A stretch of DNA of 64,000 nucleotides from Candidatus Poribacteria bacterium (GCA_965208325.1 OZ242326.1:320001-384000); one strand, 5' to 3'; numbered from the stretch's first letter, positions 19,911-30,828 are shown. The notes: generated from the sequence alone by a model not told the origin. A program made the numbers and translations.

Positions 19911-21416
19911 TCAACTGAGTTTCAGAACGGTATGTCCAAACTCAAATGCGCCGGGTGAAGAGCCGTTGAACACTTTAGCTTCGAGTCCCCAAGCAATTTT
20001 GTAAGCGGCAAGAATCTGGACAAGCGAATTAGAAACGTCACCGTACGAAAGTACCGCAACGGTCCCACCTCCCCCGCCGGCAGTAATTCTAGCGCCGTAT
20101 AATCCACCTGATATCCCGATTTTTCGAACCGATTGCACAATCTGTTCAACTTCAGGGGATCCCAGTCCCACTCGCGACCGGTAACTCCAGTTCGAATCGT
20201 ACATGAGTTTTCCGGCTTGCTTCAAACACGCTTGAGTTGTTGTGGGAAATTCATTTGATTTTTTCAGATGGGCGATAAATTTCTTTACACGTGCGTGTTC
20301 ATAAATCGGATGTTCGACGCGGCTTCTAATTCGATAACTCTTTTTCGCATCTACACGCGTCATATTGTCAACAGTTTCGCCGTACCGGTTGAGGAATTCT
20401 TTGCCTTTCATCTCTGTCGGGAGGATTTTCCAACCCTTCTTCCGAAAATTCTCCACAGACAGTCTGCATAAATAGTTTTCTCGCAGCTCCTTCAGTTTCA
20501 ACTTCTTTTGAAGAATTGTCAATCCCATAAACGCCGCGGTTCGTGCATCAATATACGCCAAACTTGACGTACTCCGCTTTGACCTGCTGTGAATGCCAAT
20601 CAATTTTACGTTTGGAGGAAGCGGTACAGATTCGAGAACCTGGTCGGGCTGGCAGACAATAGAAAGAACCTTGTCTTTTCGCCCTGATGCAGCCGAGATT
20701 CCAACGGCAATGCTGCGCGGCGTTCCAACAATCTGGTTTTCTACAATCTGTCCAAGACGCGCAATTTCGTGGGCATTGAGATTTAGTCCATACAAATGGT
20801 TAATTGCGCACAGCACAGCAACTTTAATGGCAGCAGACGATCCCATCCCAGCGCCGACTGGAATGTTGCTTCGGACAACCACGGTAGCACCGTGGGGAAA
20901 AGCGTCGACTTTCTTCTCTTTAAGAAGCACAAAAAAGCTGCTGAGAACATATCCTGCCCACGGTGCATCGGGATTGCGCGCAAAGAGTTGGTGTGCCTCA
21001 ATATAGGATTTGAGCGTTCCATTTGTGTAAAAGTCGTCAAGAGAGATTTGAAAGCTACGATAATGATTGGATCCTTCAGTGACATACGTCAGTGACTTCA
21101 GTAACCTATCTTTTCTCGCCTGACAACCCGCTACCACAGCAGGTTCAATCGTCGCTTGAAAAACGTTAGCTCCGCAATAGTCAGCGATGCCCCCCATCAC
21201 ATCGAGTCGCCCCGGTGCTCTAGCGATATGAATTGTCCCCGACTTTTCAAAACCAAATTCACCATAAATCTGGTGGTCCTCGTGGCGAAGCATTGATTCA
21301 AATTCAAGCACATCATTGGGTTTGTTTCTTGGACCAAAAGTCTGCTCGATTTCGATCGGCTTCCTAATCTCTTTCGGATCCGGGTAGACATCCATAAGAT
21401 ATAAGTAACATTTCAA
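19911..21416 (-). CDS. GHMP kinase family protein (galactokinase/arabinokinase-like), catalytic site degenerate
   Basis: RAPGRLDVMGGIADY, PVGAGMGSSAA, GARITAGGGGG. Confidence 0.8.
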   Translation of the reverse strand: MKCYLYLMDVYPDPKEIRKPIEIEQTFGPRNKPNDVLEFESMLRHEDHQIYGEFGFEKSGTIHIARAPGRLDVMGGIADYCGANVFQATIEPAVVAGCQARKDRLLKSLTYVTEGSNHYRSFQISLDDFYTNGTLKSYIEAHQLFARNPDAPWAGYVLSSFFVLLKEKKVDAFPHGATVVVRSNIPVGAGMGSSAAIKVAVLCAINHLYGLNLNAHEIARLGQIVENQIVGTPRSIAVGISAASGRKDKVLSIVCQPDQVLESVPLPPNVKLIGIHSRSKRSTSSLAYIDARTAAFMGLTILQKKLKLKELRENYLCRLSVENFRKKGWKILPTEMKGKEFLNRYGETVDNMTRVDAKKSYRIRSRVEHPIYEHARVKKFIAHLKKSNEFPTTTQACLKQAGKLMYDSNWSYRSRVGLGSPEVEQIVQSVRKIGISGGLYGARITAGGGGGTVAVLSYGDVSNSLVQILAAYKIAWGLEAKVFNGSSPGAFEFGHTVLKLS

Positions 21417-21510
21417 CCACTGTAGTATCGGAAATTTCGATTGGATTAAAATCGAAAAGTAGATCTTTGAAAAATTCCATTGCAGCGTTCAAAACTCGGC
21501 GTGACTCACG

Positions 21511-23115
21511 CTATGGATTTACCACTTTGACAGTTTCTCCATCTTTGAGAGAATGCTGGCCAGCAATAACGACTTGTTCTGCTTCGGAGAGTCCGGTAGC
21601 GATTTCAATAATGGGACCTTGGGATAAACCAAATTCAACCTGCCTGCGTTCACTGAATCCGTCATCAACGATAAAGACGCTGCGGGCGTTCTTCGCGCTA
21701 TCCTCAATAACAGCGGATCTGGGGATTAGGATTGCGTTTTCATGCACGGCAACGGTTATAGTGACCTTTGCGAACATACCCGGCTTAAGCTCCATCGTCG
21801 AGTTATCAATCGTAAACTCAATTCGCGCTGAACGACTGCTCGGTTCCAGTGTTGGGCTAATGAATGAAACATTCCCAATCACCGGGTTGGAAAGGGCCTC
21901 GACCTGAACCCAGCCTTGGCCGTTAGGGTCCAGCTTGTTCAAGTCTGATTCAATTACGCTAATCACCGCCTTCACGGTATCAATATCAACAATATCAAAA
22001 ATTGGCGCGTTCAGTGTAGCCATTCCGCCGAGATCGAGGTAGCGGTTCGACACCGTTCCTGAGATTGGCGCTGAAATTGTCGCATCATCAAGACGCACGT
22101 TGGCAAGATCAAGCGTAGCCTTTGCCTGTATCATTGCGGTTTCTACGGCGATAATCTCAGCTTCCCAACTTTTTGCGGTTTCTAGTGCTTCTGCGCTCGC
22201 AAGTGCGGCTTTCGCCGCTTCCACTTGCGATTCCGCTAGCGCTTTATCTTTCTCCCATGATTTCGTTTCCGCTTGCGCGCGTGCAACCTTGAGCAAGGCT
22301 TCCGCTCCCTCGACTTGAGCTTCCATGGAACGGATGTCCTCCTCGCGCGCACCATTTTCGATAAGCCGCATCTGTTCAACGGCGACATCATACTGCGCAT
22401 TTGCAACATCTAGCTGTGTTTGTGAACTCTCAAAGGACTGTGCACTAATTGCGCCCGTCTCAAAGAGTCTTTTCATGCGATTAAAATTACTCTTGGCGTT
22501 CGCGAGGTTTGCGTCAGCTTGATTGACCGATGCTTGCGCTTGATTTCGATCTTCATCACGTGCCCCGCGCTTAATCTTCTCAAGATTTGCTTGTAGAGAT
22601 GCTAAACCGGCTTCCGCTTGTTCAGTTTGCGACATGGTGCGCATTTGAGCGAGATCTAAAACCTGTTGAAGAGAAGTTTCTGCGCCCGCGAGCTGAGCCC
22701 GTGCTTGAGCAACTTGCGAATCAACCCTAACTTTGGCAAGTTTTTTCACTTGGTCATACGCGGTTTCGGCCGCCTGGTAAGCGGCCTCCGCTTGGCGAAA
22801 TTGGAGCTTGAGTGTTTCATGTTCAATGATAGCTAAGGTATCCCCTTTCCTCACTCGGCTGCCTTCGTCGACACGCATCACAACAACTTTGCCAGCGACT
22901 TCTGGAAAGACCGTCACGTTCGAATTAGCTTCTATCGTTCCTGATAACTTCAACTCCTGTCGTATCTCCCCACGCCTTGCTTTTATGACCTCAACCGGTT
23001 TAGCGGACGAAGCGGCTACTTCGCTAGGTTGTGCACGCTTATTGATGACGAATCTTAGCGTAATTGCCACAAAGAAAACCAAAATAACGGACGCGATGAT
23101 CATAACTCTTCTCAA
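21511..23115 (-). CDS. RND efflux periplasmic adaptor with very long coiled coil
   Basis: N-terminal TM; VDEGSRVRKGDTL and ISAPISGTV lipoyl halves; LKPGMFA. Confidence 0.9.
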   Translation of the reverse strand: MRRVMIIASVILVFFVAITLRFVINKRAQPSEVAASSAKPVEVIKARRGEIRQELKLSGTIEANSNVTVFPEVAGKVVVMRVDEGSRVRKGDTLAIIEHETLKLQFRQAEAAYQAAETAYDQVKKLAKVRVDSQVAQARAQLAGAETSLQQVLDLAQMRTMSQTEQAEAGLASLQANLEKIKRGARDEDRNQAQASVNQADANLANAKSNFNRMKRLFETGAISAQSFESSQTQLDVANAQYDVAVEQMRLIENGAREEDIRSMEAQVEGAEALLKVARAQAETKSWEKDKALAESQVEAAKAALASAEALETAKSWEAEIIAVETAMIQAKATLDLANVRLDDATISAPISGTVSNRYLDLGGMATLNAPIFDIVDIDTVKAVISVIESDLNKLDPNGQGWVQVEALSNPVIGNVSFISPTLEPSSRSARIEFTIDNSTMELKPGMFAKVTITVAVHENAILIPRSAVIEDSAKNARSVFIVDDGFSERRQVEFGLSQGPIIEIATGLSEAEQVVIAGQHSLKDGETVKVVNP

Positions 23116-23348
23116 CTTGGTATCTCCGTCAAAGTAATGGGTTAACTTTCACACAATATTGCGTTCAATGTCTGTTAGTCCCGTGATTTTTCAAAAAAAA
23201 CACAACTCGGATGCCTAAAACCTGAGCATCGCAGATGGAAATTGGATTTGTAATGGAGCAATCCCGTCAAATGCGGATTTTCGCGAATTTCTACAAACAC
23301 ACATGCGGAATGCACATCCACGTTGGACTTCTGAGTTGCAACTAACAC

Positions 23349-24737
23349 CTAATCATCCAATTTTTGCCCGGTAGCCTTTTCCAATTTTTTTAGCCCAACC
23401 ACATAATCATACATTGATTGGAGGCGATTGACCTCGGCCTGAGTCAGGGCAAGCTGAGCATCGGTGAATTCAACGCTCGTGATTATGCCGTTTTCGTAGC
23501 GTAAGTTAGCAATTCGCAAACTTTCCCGCGCCTGCTCAACTGTGTTCTTCTGCACCTCAATTAACGCTTTTGCTTCAACTAAGTTCAGGTAGGCCGATCT
23601 AACCTCAAACTCAATGGCGTCAATCAGTTGGTGCTTGCCAAGCTGCGTCTGCCTCAATGCTGCCTCGGATTCCTGAACCGCGGCTTTGGTTGCAAAGCCA
23701 TCGAAGATAGGCAAGTTTAGCGAGAAACCCAAATTCCAGATGCGGTTCATCTCCCTCAATCTCTCATTATCATCCACCTGATAGTTGGCAAAAAAGGAGA
23801 TATCGGGTCGGCTGCCTGTTTTTGCAACAGCGACACGTTTCTGATTTGCCTGTTCATTGAAGCCAAATTGATGAATCTCAGGTCGGTGTGTTTTCGCCGT
23901 TAGTATTAATGTTTCAAGGTCGAGTTCTACGTTTGGTGCATCGAAACCACCTCTTACCTTTACATTATCAGTGAGATTGATGTTCAGGATGTTTTTATAT
24001 GCATTCTTCGCGGTTCTTGCTGTGTTTTGCGTACGTATTAACTGAGACTTTGCGTTAGCCAGCTGCACCTCTGCGCGCAGGACGTCAAATTTTGTTGCAG
24101 CCCCTGAATCGAACAGATTTCGCGCAATTTGAAGCTGTTTCTCCACTAAATCGACAGTCTGTTGAGATACCTTTACAAATTCTACGGCAAGGAGAACGCC
24201 GTAAAAGGCTTCAGAAACGTCCAGTGCAAGTTGATTGTGTGCAGCTTCTAGCTCTTTTCTCACGCCGAACAAATTGAACTTTGCACTCTGGTAGTTGTAA
24301 TAGTATCGACCCCAGGCGAAAACCGGTTGTCTTAAGGCAGCTTCGCCGCGAAAATTTTGGTGGGCTCCAAACTCCAACTCAAATACATCTGATGCATCGC
24401 CGTTTTCTTCAACACTCGGCGATGGCAGGAAATTTTCCGCACCCGGAGGACCAAAACCACCGGTTTGAATTACAGATTTTGCAAGATTTGGGGTATATGT
24501 GTAACTACTAGTAATTGCGACGTTTGGCAACATGCCTGCGCGAGCGGTCCGCACTAGCGCCTCGGCGGCTTTTACACGTTCCTGAACGGATTGGCTTGAG
24601 AGGTTCGACTGTTTTGCGAGTTCAATACTCTCTTCTAAAGTCAAAATTTTCTCCGCTTCGACTTGCGAGATGGAGCTGTACATAATCAGCAGAGCAATTC
24701 CTAAGTTAACACTCAGCCGGCGTTTTGAAAAATACAT
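23349..24737 (-). CDS. TolC family outer-membrane protein
   Basis: LTLEESIELA, LPIFDG, RYENG, LEKATG. Confidence 0.9.
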   Translation of the reverse strand: MYFSKRRLSVNLGIALLIMYSSISQVEAEKILTLEESIELAKQSNLSSQSVQERVKAAEALVRTARAGMLPNVAITSSYTYTPNLAKSVIQTGGFGPPGAENFLPSPSVEENGDASDVFELEFGAHQNFRGEAALRQPVFAWGRYYYNYQSAKFNLFGVRKELEAAHNQLALDVSEAFYGVLLAVEFVKVSQQTVDLVEKQLQIARNLFDSGAATKFDVLRAEVQLANAKSQLIRTQNTARTAKNAYKNILNINLTDNVKVRGGFDAPNVELDLETLILTAKTHRPEIHQFGFNEQANQKRVAVAKTGSRPDISFFANYQVDDNERLREMNRIWNLGFSLNLPIFDGFATKAAVQESEAALRQTQLGKHQLIDAIEFEVRSAYLNLVEAKALIEVQKNTVEQARESLRIANLRYENGIITSVEFTDAQLALTQAEVNRLQSMYDYVVGLKKLEKATGQKLDD

Positions 24738-24845
24738 TCAAATTCTCCGATAAATATGTACCGCATCACGGTACGCGGCTTCAATTGGATTAGAATTGAG
24801 TAACAGGACAATGCACACGGCTTGCTCTGATGGTGTAATCTCTTT

Positions 24846-25009
24846 AGACAACTTTCCAAAACAATTCCGCCGCCCGATAACCCCAGAGGTGCGGCAGGTG
24901 TAAAACGACAACTGTCACTTTGGGCTAATACGTTGTAGGGACAACCCTTGTGGTTGCCCTTAACACTTCGGTTTTGTCAACCACATTGAGTTAATTAGGA
25001 AAGCTGTCT
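24846..25009. repeat. MITE-like element with imperfect terminal inverted repeats and an internal GTAG REP-like hairpin
   Basis: agacaactttcc ... ggaaagctgtct; related ends at 29362 and 29464. Confidence 0.6.
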
Positions 25010-25506
25010 TTTGTTAGATTATGGGTCAAAATTGCTGGGACACGGTTGAAAATTTTCACATTCCTTTTCGTGATTCAAACCACACGGAAATTGCTTGCAA
25101 GCCGCGAGATAGTGTCCAATCGAAGCGTTTGGTTACCCAAAACGATGCCGCGGTGATAAACCTTGGGGTCAGTTTAAGTTCAGAGGAGGCTATTGAACTG
25201 GAGATTATAATAGGCGGTTTTATGACGATGCTCATCGGTCGGACAGAACATAATCCGCCGCCGGTAGGCGCTTTTACAGATATCAGATAATTTTAAGTAT
25301 TGCTTTACGCGCATTGCACAGTCAATCCGTCCGAAGGAATGCACGCTGTCGCGGGTGAGCGAAATTTGCTTTTTCGATAGGGCAATTTTTTAAGCAGGAC
25401 TACCGCTCATTTATCATCCTTTCAATTTCGATTACATTGTAAGTGCGGCGGGCGAATGTTGGCTCAATTAGCGGTTCGCACGGTGGCGGATTAGAAAATC
25501 CGGGGA

Positions 25507-27402
25507 TTAATATTTCAAGATTGTTCCCCATTCGCCAACAGCCCAGAGCGATCCGTTCTTGGATTGCGTAATATCAGTAAGATTAGTTATTGTATTACTC
25601 GTTTGGGCAAGCCAAGTTACGCCGCCATCATTTGTACGTAATATTGTACCCTTGTCCCCGACAGCCCAACCCTCCATTTCGTTAATGAAACAGATCCCGT
25701 TCAAGTTTTCGCTTGTTGGCGTAATCTGCTGTGACCAGGTTATACCGCCATCTTTCGTGCCGTATACGGCGCCTTGGGAACCACAGATCCACGCCGTATT
25801 TGAATTAAGCGCGAAAACCGACTTTAATTCATCCGGCCCTGCCCTTTGAACAGTCCACGTCTGGCCGCCGTCATCGGTCTTGATTATGGTCCCCGCCGCC
25901 CCGACCGCCCAGCCGGAATTTGCGTCAACGAAATAGACGCCAAACAGGTTATTGAAGCCGACCGACATGTCCCCGGAGTCCTGACCGATCCATGTGTCGC
26001 CGCCATCGTCCGTACGCATAATCTTGCCTATTTCCCCAACTCCCCAGCCGTGCGTTGAGGTTGAAAAGTGCAAATCATAAAAACCGAGGGCGCCTTTCCA
26101 TGACATCGATTGATCGAACTGAATTCGCTGCACTGTGCCGTGGCCTTCATCACGCGGATCACTGAAGCCCTCCCAAGTCTCACCGCCGTTGACGGTCTCG
26201 ATTAGCGTGGCATTACTGCCAACAATATAGCCTTTGTTCGCATTAGCGAAACCGATGCCAAACAATTCAAAGACATTATTGCTAGATTGTTCCTTCCAAA
26301 CGGTTCCGCCGTCTTGAGTGTGCAATACCGCTCCTCCTAAACCAACAGCCCATCCTAATTTATCATCGAAGAAATGCACTGTGGTGAGGTGGTTATTGCT
26401 GGCAACGACATCCCAAGATGCGCCGCCATCTCGGCTATGGATGATAGTGCCGAATGCGCCGACAGCCCATGCGTCTTGAGGGGAAACGAGTTGGATCGCG
26501 TTGATTCGGTTAGGCACAGGCCTCGGTTCAAGCGGCGTCCACTCCTTCCCGCCATCCGTAGTCCTCAAAATAACGCCAAACTCCGCTGACGCCAGTCCGT
26601 GGTGGGCGTCAATAAAATGGACTCCCCAAATTGGTTCGGGCATTCCGTTCGAGTGCGGCACGCGGCTTTCCTGTGCGGTCCAAGTGGTTCCACCGTTGTT
26701 CGTGTGTACAAGTGCGCCATTCCCGCCGGAAGCCCAGCCTTCTTCATCGCTGCGCATAAATATGGCATCAAGCGGTGAAGCTGTCCGGCTATTCTGGGGT
26801 TTCCACGTCTGCCCGGCATCCATGGTATGAATGAGAGTACCGCCATCGCCCGCTGCCCATCCCATTTGAGCGTTCGTAAAGTGGATGCCCTTTATCGCGT
26901 TATTTGTGCCAGAATTTTGTCGCGACCAAGTGGTGCCGCCATCCTCGGTATGAATGACAAGTCCTCCATCACCGCCCGCCCAACCGAATTTATCATCAAC
27001 AAAAGAGACGGCTGACAACGCGGCGCGCGTGCCGCTGTTAAGCTTCATCCATGTCGCACCCCCGTCGGTCGTTTTCAGTACGGTGCCGGCGTCGCCAACG
27101 ATCCAACCCGTTTGGGGATTGATAAACCTCACTTTGTAGAAATCCACCTTGAAGGGAAGCCGCTGGCTCGGTTGTTTTTCCCACGACGTTCCGCCATTAG
27201 TCGTATGGAGGATTGTCGAATTTGAACCAACAATCCAACCGTGTTGAGAATCAACAAAGTAGACGTCCGTGAACGTAGCTCGCCACTCCGCCGTGCGGAC
27301 AGATGTCCAACCTTTCTCCTGTGCCGAGTTATTTGCGGCATATATCAATAGTAACGCTAGCATTGTTGAAACTACTTGAATACATCGCTTTTTGGTTATC
27401 AT
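25507..27402 (-). CDS. YCF48-related secreted protein with many BNR/Asp-box repeats
   Basis: Signal peptide; repeated GWAVG..G.I.HT.DGG.TW units. Confidence 0.9.
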   Translation of the reverse strand: MITKKRCIQVVSTMLALLLIYAANNSAQEKGWTSVRTAEWRATFTDVYFVDSQHGWIVGSNSTILHTTNGGTSWEKQPSQRLPFKVDFYKVRFINPQTGWIVGDAGTVLKTTDGGATWMKLNSGTRAALSAVSFVDDKFGWAGGDGGLVIHTEDGGTTWSRQNSGTNNAIKGIHFTNAQMGWAAGDGGTLIHTMDAGQTWKPQNSRTASPLDAIFMRSDEEGWASGGNGALVHTNNGGTTWTAQESRVPHSNGMPEPIWGVHFIDAHHGLASAEFGVILRTTDGGKEWTPLEPRPVPNRINAIQLVSPQDAWAVGAFGTIIHSRDGGASWDVVASNNHLTTVHFFDDKLGWAVGLGGAVLHTQDGGTVWKEQSSNNVFELFGIGFANANKGYIVGSNATLIETVNGGETWEGFSDPRDEGHGTVQRIQFDQSMSWKGALGFYDLHFSTSTHGWGVGEIGKIMRTDDGGDTWIGQDSGDMSVGFNNLFGVYFVDANSGWAVGAAGTIIKTDDGGQTWTVQRAGPDELKSVFALNSNTAWICGSQGAVYGTKDGGITWSQQITPTSENLNGICFINEMEGWAVGDKGTILRTNDGGVTWLAQTSNTITNLTDITQSKNGSLWAVGEWGTILKY

Positions 27403-27463
27403 GTTTGTCTCCTTAAGAAGGCAGTAATCAATTTCAAAGTCTTGTCAGGTTTTCCGATTGCCC

Positions 27464-27964
27464 CTAAATTCCCATTCGCAGGGCGACTGCCGCAAGCAAT
27501 ATCAAAAGCGAGAACACGCCGATGAGACTTGACACGACTGTCATCCAATGACGCATCTTTTCAATGTGTTGGGGCAATTCTTCTGTACCCGCTTCGAGTG
27601 CATCAACGGCTTGCGAAATCCTCGGACCGATAACAAAAGAGTGAATCGCCGTTAAAACGATCAAGATAACGAAGAATAGGAGCTTGATGAGGAGCGTGCG
27701 CAGGAACACATCCGCTAATCCCGCCAAATTCGGGAAACTGAGAAAGATATTAACTAACCCGGAAAAGAACAGTACCAGCACACATCCCCACACAATGGGT
27801 TCAAACCGCGTTCCAATCTGCGACAATATCTGGATGCGTTCTACAGGCGTCACTGACCGCTTGAAGTAGGGTACTACAACCATCGCCATCATGAGATTGC
27901 CGCCGATCCAAATTACGGCGGCAATAATGTGTAACCAGCGAACCAGCAAACCAAATAATTCCAT
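27464..27964 (-). CDS. CopD/DUF4149-like membrane protein
   Basis: RWLHIIAAVIWIGG, four TM segments. Confidence 0.75.
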   Translation of the reverse strand: MELFGLLVRWLHIIAAVIWIGGNLMMAMVVVPYFKRSVTPVERIQILSQIGTRFEPIVWGCVLVLFFSGLVNIFLSFPNLAGLADVFLRTLLIKLLFFVILIVLTAIHSFVIGPRISQAVDALEAGTEELPQHIEKMRHWMTVVSSLIGVFSLLILLAAVALRMGI

Positions 27965-27991
27965 GCAGCCTCCCGGGTTTAGTGCGTTGAT

Positions 27992-28195
27992 TTAGAGAAT
28001 TTGCTGCCAAGTAAGAACGAGCTGTACGAAAAAGAACGGTATGAGTACCAACGTATAGAATCTGAGAATTACGGTCTCAAAGGTTTTAATGAGAGAATTG
28101 GATGATGGTACCCGCCGCGCCTTTTTGCGCATGGCTTTCTCTTGACTATCTTTATCGTAGGGACGTATAATCTGTTCAATTGCGCCGTTCCTCAT
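27992..28195 (-). CDS. Small hypothetical protein
   Basis: 67-aa ORF co-oriented with the downstream genes; C-terminal hydrophobic segment. Confidence 0.4.
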   Translation of the reverse strand: MRNGAIEQIIRPYDKDSQEKAMRKKARRVPSSNSLIKTFETVILRFYTLVLIPFFFVQLVLTWQQIL

Positions 28196-28293
28196 TTTAC
28201 CAGATTCTTAAAGTTGATTCAAGTGAAAGTTCCATACAGGATTTCTATTTCGGAAAAATTCTCGGTTGGCGGCACCATCATTCAGGTTGAGCG

Positions 28294-29313
28294 GTGAGAG
28301 ATAAAATCCTTATTACACAAACAGGGGGTTGGGTTGGCGATATGGTGCTGCTAACTCCGGCTCTGAGAGCATTGAAACGCGCTTATCCACAATCCCGCAT
28401 GGATTTGTTGCTGCGCCCGCTCGTTGCAGAATTGATGGCGGATCACCCTTACGTTGATGAAGTAATAGTCGATTCCAAAGAACAACACCGGAGTCGTTTG
28501 AAATCGCTCCAGCAGGTGACACGTGCTGTTCAGCAGGCTGAATTCGACCTTGCGGTTGTGTTACACCCCACCTCCTTTCGAAACGCATTAATCCCTTTTC
28601 TAGCGCGTGTTCCTGAACGGATTGGTGCGAACATAAACGGTCGTGGAATTTTGCTGACAGAGACCTGTCCGAATCGGCGAGATTGCCATGAAGTTCACCG
28701 TTATCTACGAGTTTTAGAGTTGCTTGGCATTGATACGAAAGACACGAGTCTGGAGTTCTGGCATACAGATGTGGATCGGAAAACCGTTCGCCAAATGCTC
28801 ACTGAAAACGGTATCGCACCCAACGAACGTCATATCGGCGTAAACCTAGGCACTACTTGGCTGACTAAGCAGTGGGAGCTCGAGAAATTTGCCGCCGCGT
28901 TAACGCAGGTGCAGAGTATCATCAATGTACCAATTGTATTAACTGGTCATACGTCCGATACCGCGCTTGGCGAAGCGCTGCAGCGTAAGGTTAAGGCAAG
29001 TGTTATCAATTTAATTGGGGCAACTACTCTCACGCAACTCGGAGCGCTTATCGAAAATTGTAGTCTTTATTTGACCTGCGACAGCGGTCCCATGCACATC
29101 GCTGCCGCGGTTGACACACCGACGATTGCCTTGTTCGGCCCAACATGCCCGGCGCGTCATCGTCCTTACGCGGAGGGGCATTGCGTCATTGAGAAACGCG
29201 TGCCCTGCCGGCCGTGCTACAAACCCACATGTAAACTTAAGAAATCTCCGAACCTTTGTATGACAGAAATTAAACCCGAGGAAGTCGTTGAGACCATCAT
29301 TCAAGCATTTTGA
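28294..29313 (+). CDS. waaF: LPS heptosyltransferase II (GT9)
   Basis: WVGDMVL, CDSGPMHIAAA, ALFGPT. Confidence 0.8.
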   Translation: MRDKILITQTGGWVGDMVLLTPALRALKRAYPQSRMDLLLRPLVAELMADHPYVDEVIVDSKEQHRSRLKSLQQVTRAVQQAEFDLAVVLHPTSFRNALIPFLARVPERIGANINGRGILLTETCPNRRDCHEVHRYLRVLELLGIDTKDTSLEFWHTDVDRKTVRQMLTENGIAPNERHIGVNLGTTWLTKQWELEKFAAALTQVQSIINVPIVLTGHTSDTALGEALQRKVKASVINLIGATTLTQLGALIENCSLYLTCDSGPMHIAAAVDTPTIALFGPTCPARHRPYAEGHCVIEKRVPCRPCYKPTCKLKKSPNLCMTEIKPEEVVETIIQAF

Positions 29314-29361
29314 TTCGGCGTTCTTGTGTACAAAACTTTCCCGGTTTACAACATTACCAAC

Positions 29362-29518
29362 AGACATCTTTCCAAAATAATTCCACCGCCCGATAGCCCC
29401 AGACGGGATCTTCAATCGTCAAATCGAAGATAGTGTTTTCAGTCGTGTTTAGAAAACACATTTGACAACTTTGCAAAATAATTCCAGAGCCCGATGTCGC
29501 TTCAGTTTTGTCAACCAC
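29362..29518. repeat. Two degenerate copies of the 24846-type repeat end
   Basis: agacatctttccaaaataattccaccgcccgatagcccc and gacaactttgcaaaataattcc...gttttgtcaaccac match 24846-24985. Confidence 0.65.
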
Positions 29519-29535
29519 TCGAAGATAAGGGGGAA

Positions 29536-30549
29536 ATGATGAGGACATACCAAGTTGGAGTGATTGGATGCGGTGTAATCGGCGGCCATCATGCGTCAGG
29601 ACTTGTTGGTCTGCCTAACGCAACGTTAGTAGCTGCGTGCGATGTGATACCGAGCACGTTAAACGCCTTCAAGCAGCGTTGGAACGATTCATGGCAAAAT
29701 ATTTCCATGTACACGGATCATCGCGAAATGTTGAAGAACGAGGATTTGGACATTGTAACGGTGGCGACCTCCGATCATCTGCACGCGGATTTAGTGGTGA
29801 ACGCCGCCAATGCGGGTGTAAAAGGCATTTTTTGCGAGAAGCCGTTGGCGACAAATCTAGCGGATGCCGACCGTATGATTGAAGCAGTCGAGCGGAATAA
29901 TACAATTCTGTCGATTGACCATACACGCAGATGGATGCCGTTATGGCGGTATACCAAAGAAGAAGTGGTGGAAAAGAATGCGATAGGGCGCGTGCAGTGT
30001 ATCCTCGGTTTTTTAACTGGCGGGCGCGCGATGTTGTTCCGGAACGGAACACATATCATTGACATGATCTGTTACTTCGCGGATTCCGCCCCAGAATGGG
30101 TTTCGGCTGAACTGGAAACTGGATATGAGGACTACTGGGAATATCGCGGTGATGGCGGGCACGACCCGGCGACAGAACCCGCTGCGCACGGGTACATCCG
30201 CTTCGCCAACGGTGTACGCGGGTTTTACGTTGGCGGTCCCAAAACCACACGCAGAATGCTCCGCCTCGAGATTATTGGTACGAAGGGTTTTATCTTCATT
30301 GAAGATGCCTTCACCGAACCGAGGGCGCAGATTAGAACTAGTGATAAATATGAAGATATCCAAATTCCGACGTGGGATGTCGTTGGCATCCCTGCCGGTG
30401 TCCAAGAACTGGTTCGCATCGTCGATGAAGGCGGAGAGCCCGTGTCGCCGGGTAGCGCGGGACGCAAAGTTGTTGAAATCATCCTTGGGTTTTTAGAATC
30501 CAATCGCCGTAACAATGCGAAAGTTAAAATCCCTCTCCCGCGCGACTAA
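29536..30549 (+). CDS. Gfo/Idh/MocA family oxidoreductase
   Basis: VGVIGCG, IFCEKPLA; start 29536 after a GGGGG RBS. Confidence 0.9.
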   Translation: MMRTYQVGVIGCGVIGGHHASGLVGLPNATLVAACDVIPSTLNAFKQRWNDSWQNISMYTDHREMLKNEDLDIVTVATSDHLHADLVVNAANAGVKGIFCEKPLATNLADADRMIEAVERNNTILSIDHTRRWMPLWRYTKEEVVEKNAIGRVQCILGFLTGGRAMLFRNGTHIIDMICYFADSAPEWVSAELETGYEDYWEYRGDGGHDPATEPAAHGYIRFANGVRGFYVGGPKTTRRMLRLEIIGTKGFIFIEDAFTEPRAQIRTSDKYEDIQIPTWDVVGIPAGVQELVRIVDEGGEPVSPGSAGRKVVEIILGFLESNRRNNAKVKIPLPRD

Positions 30550-30828
30550 TCCACTTAGGACTTACGCACTTCAAATTTTAGTTGAACGATTCATTGGGTA
30601 TCAAAGGGTATGTTCAGCCTCTACACCACTGTAGGCGGAGTACCTTTTCCCGTATTTGGGATGAAGCATCAAACAAACGAACAGTATGCGCGATAGTCTT
30701 CACAAGTCTTCTCCGAAACCCAACGATCAACTGAGCGAATAGCGAAGGCGATAGTTTTCTCCTCCTGAAGTCTCTTACAGGTTGGTTCTGACGAAGCCGC
30801 GTATCGTCCGGAGTCTAGAATTCACCCC

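Noticed and set aside
25021..25290. 89-aa ORF between tolC and the YCF48-like gene
   Set aside because: No RBS or recognisable motif; adjacent to a repeat element
25507..27402. Photosystem II assembly role for the YCF48-like protein
   Set aside because: No photosynthesis genes; this repeat family is widespread in non-phototrophs
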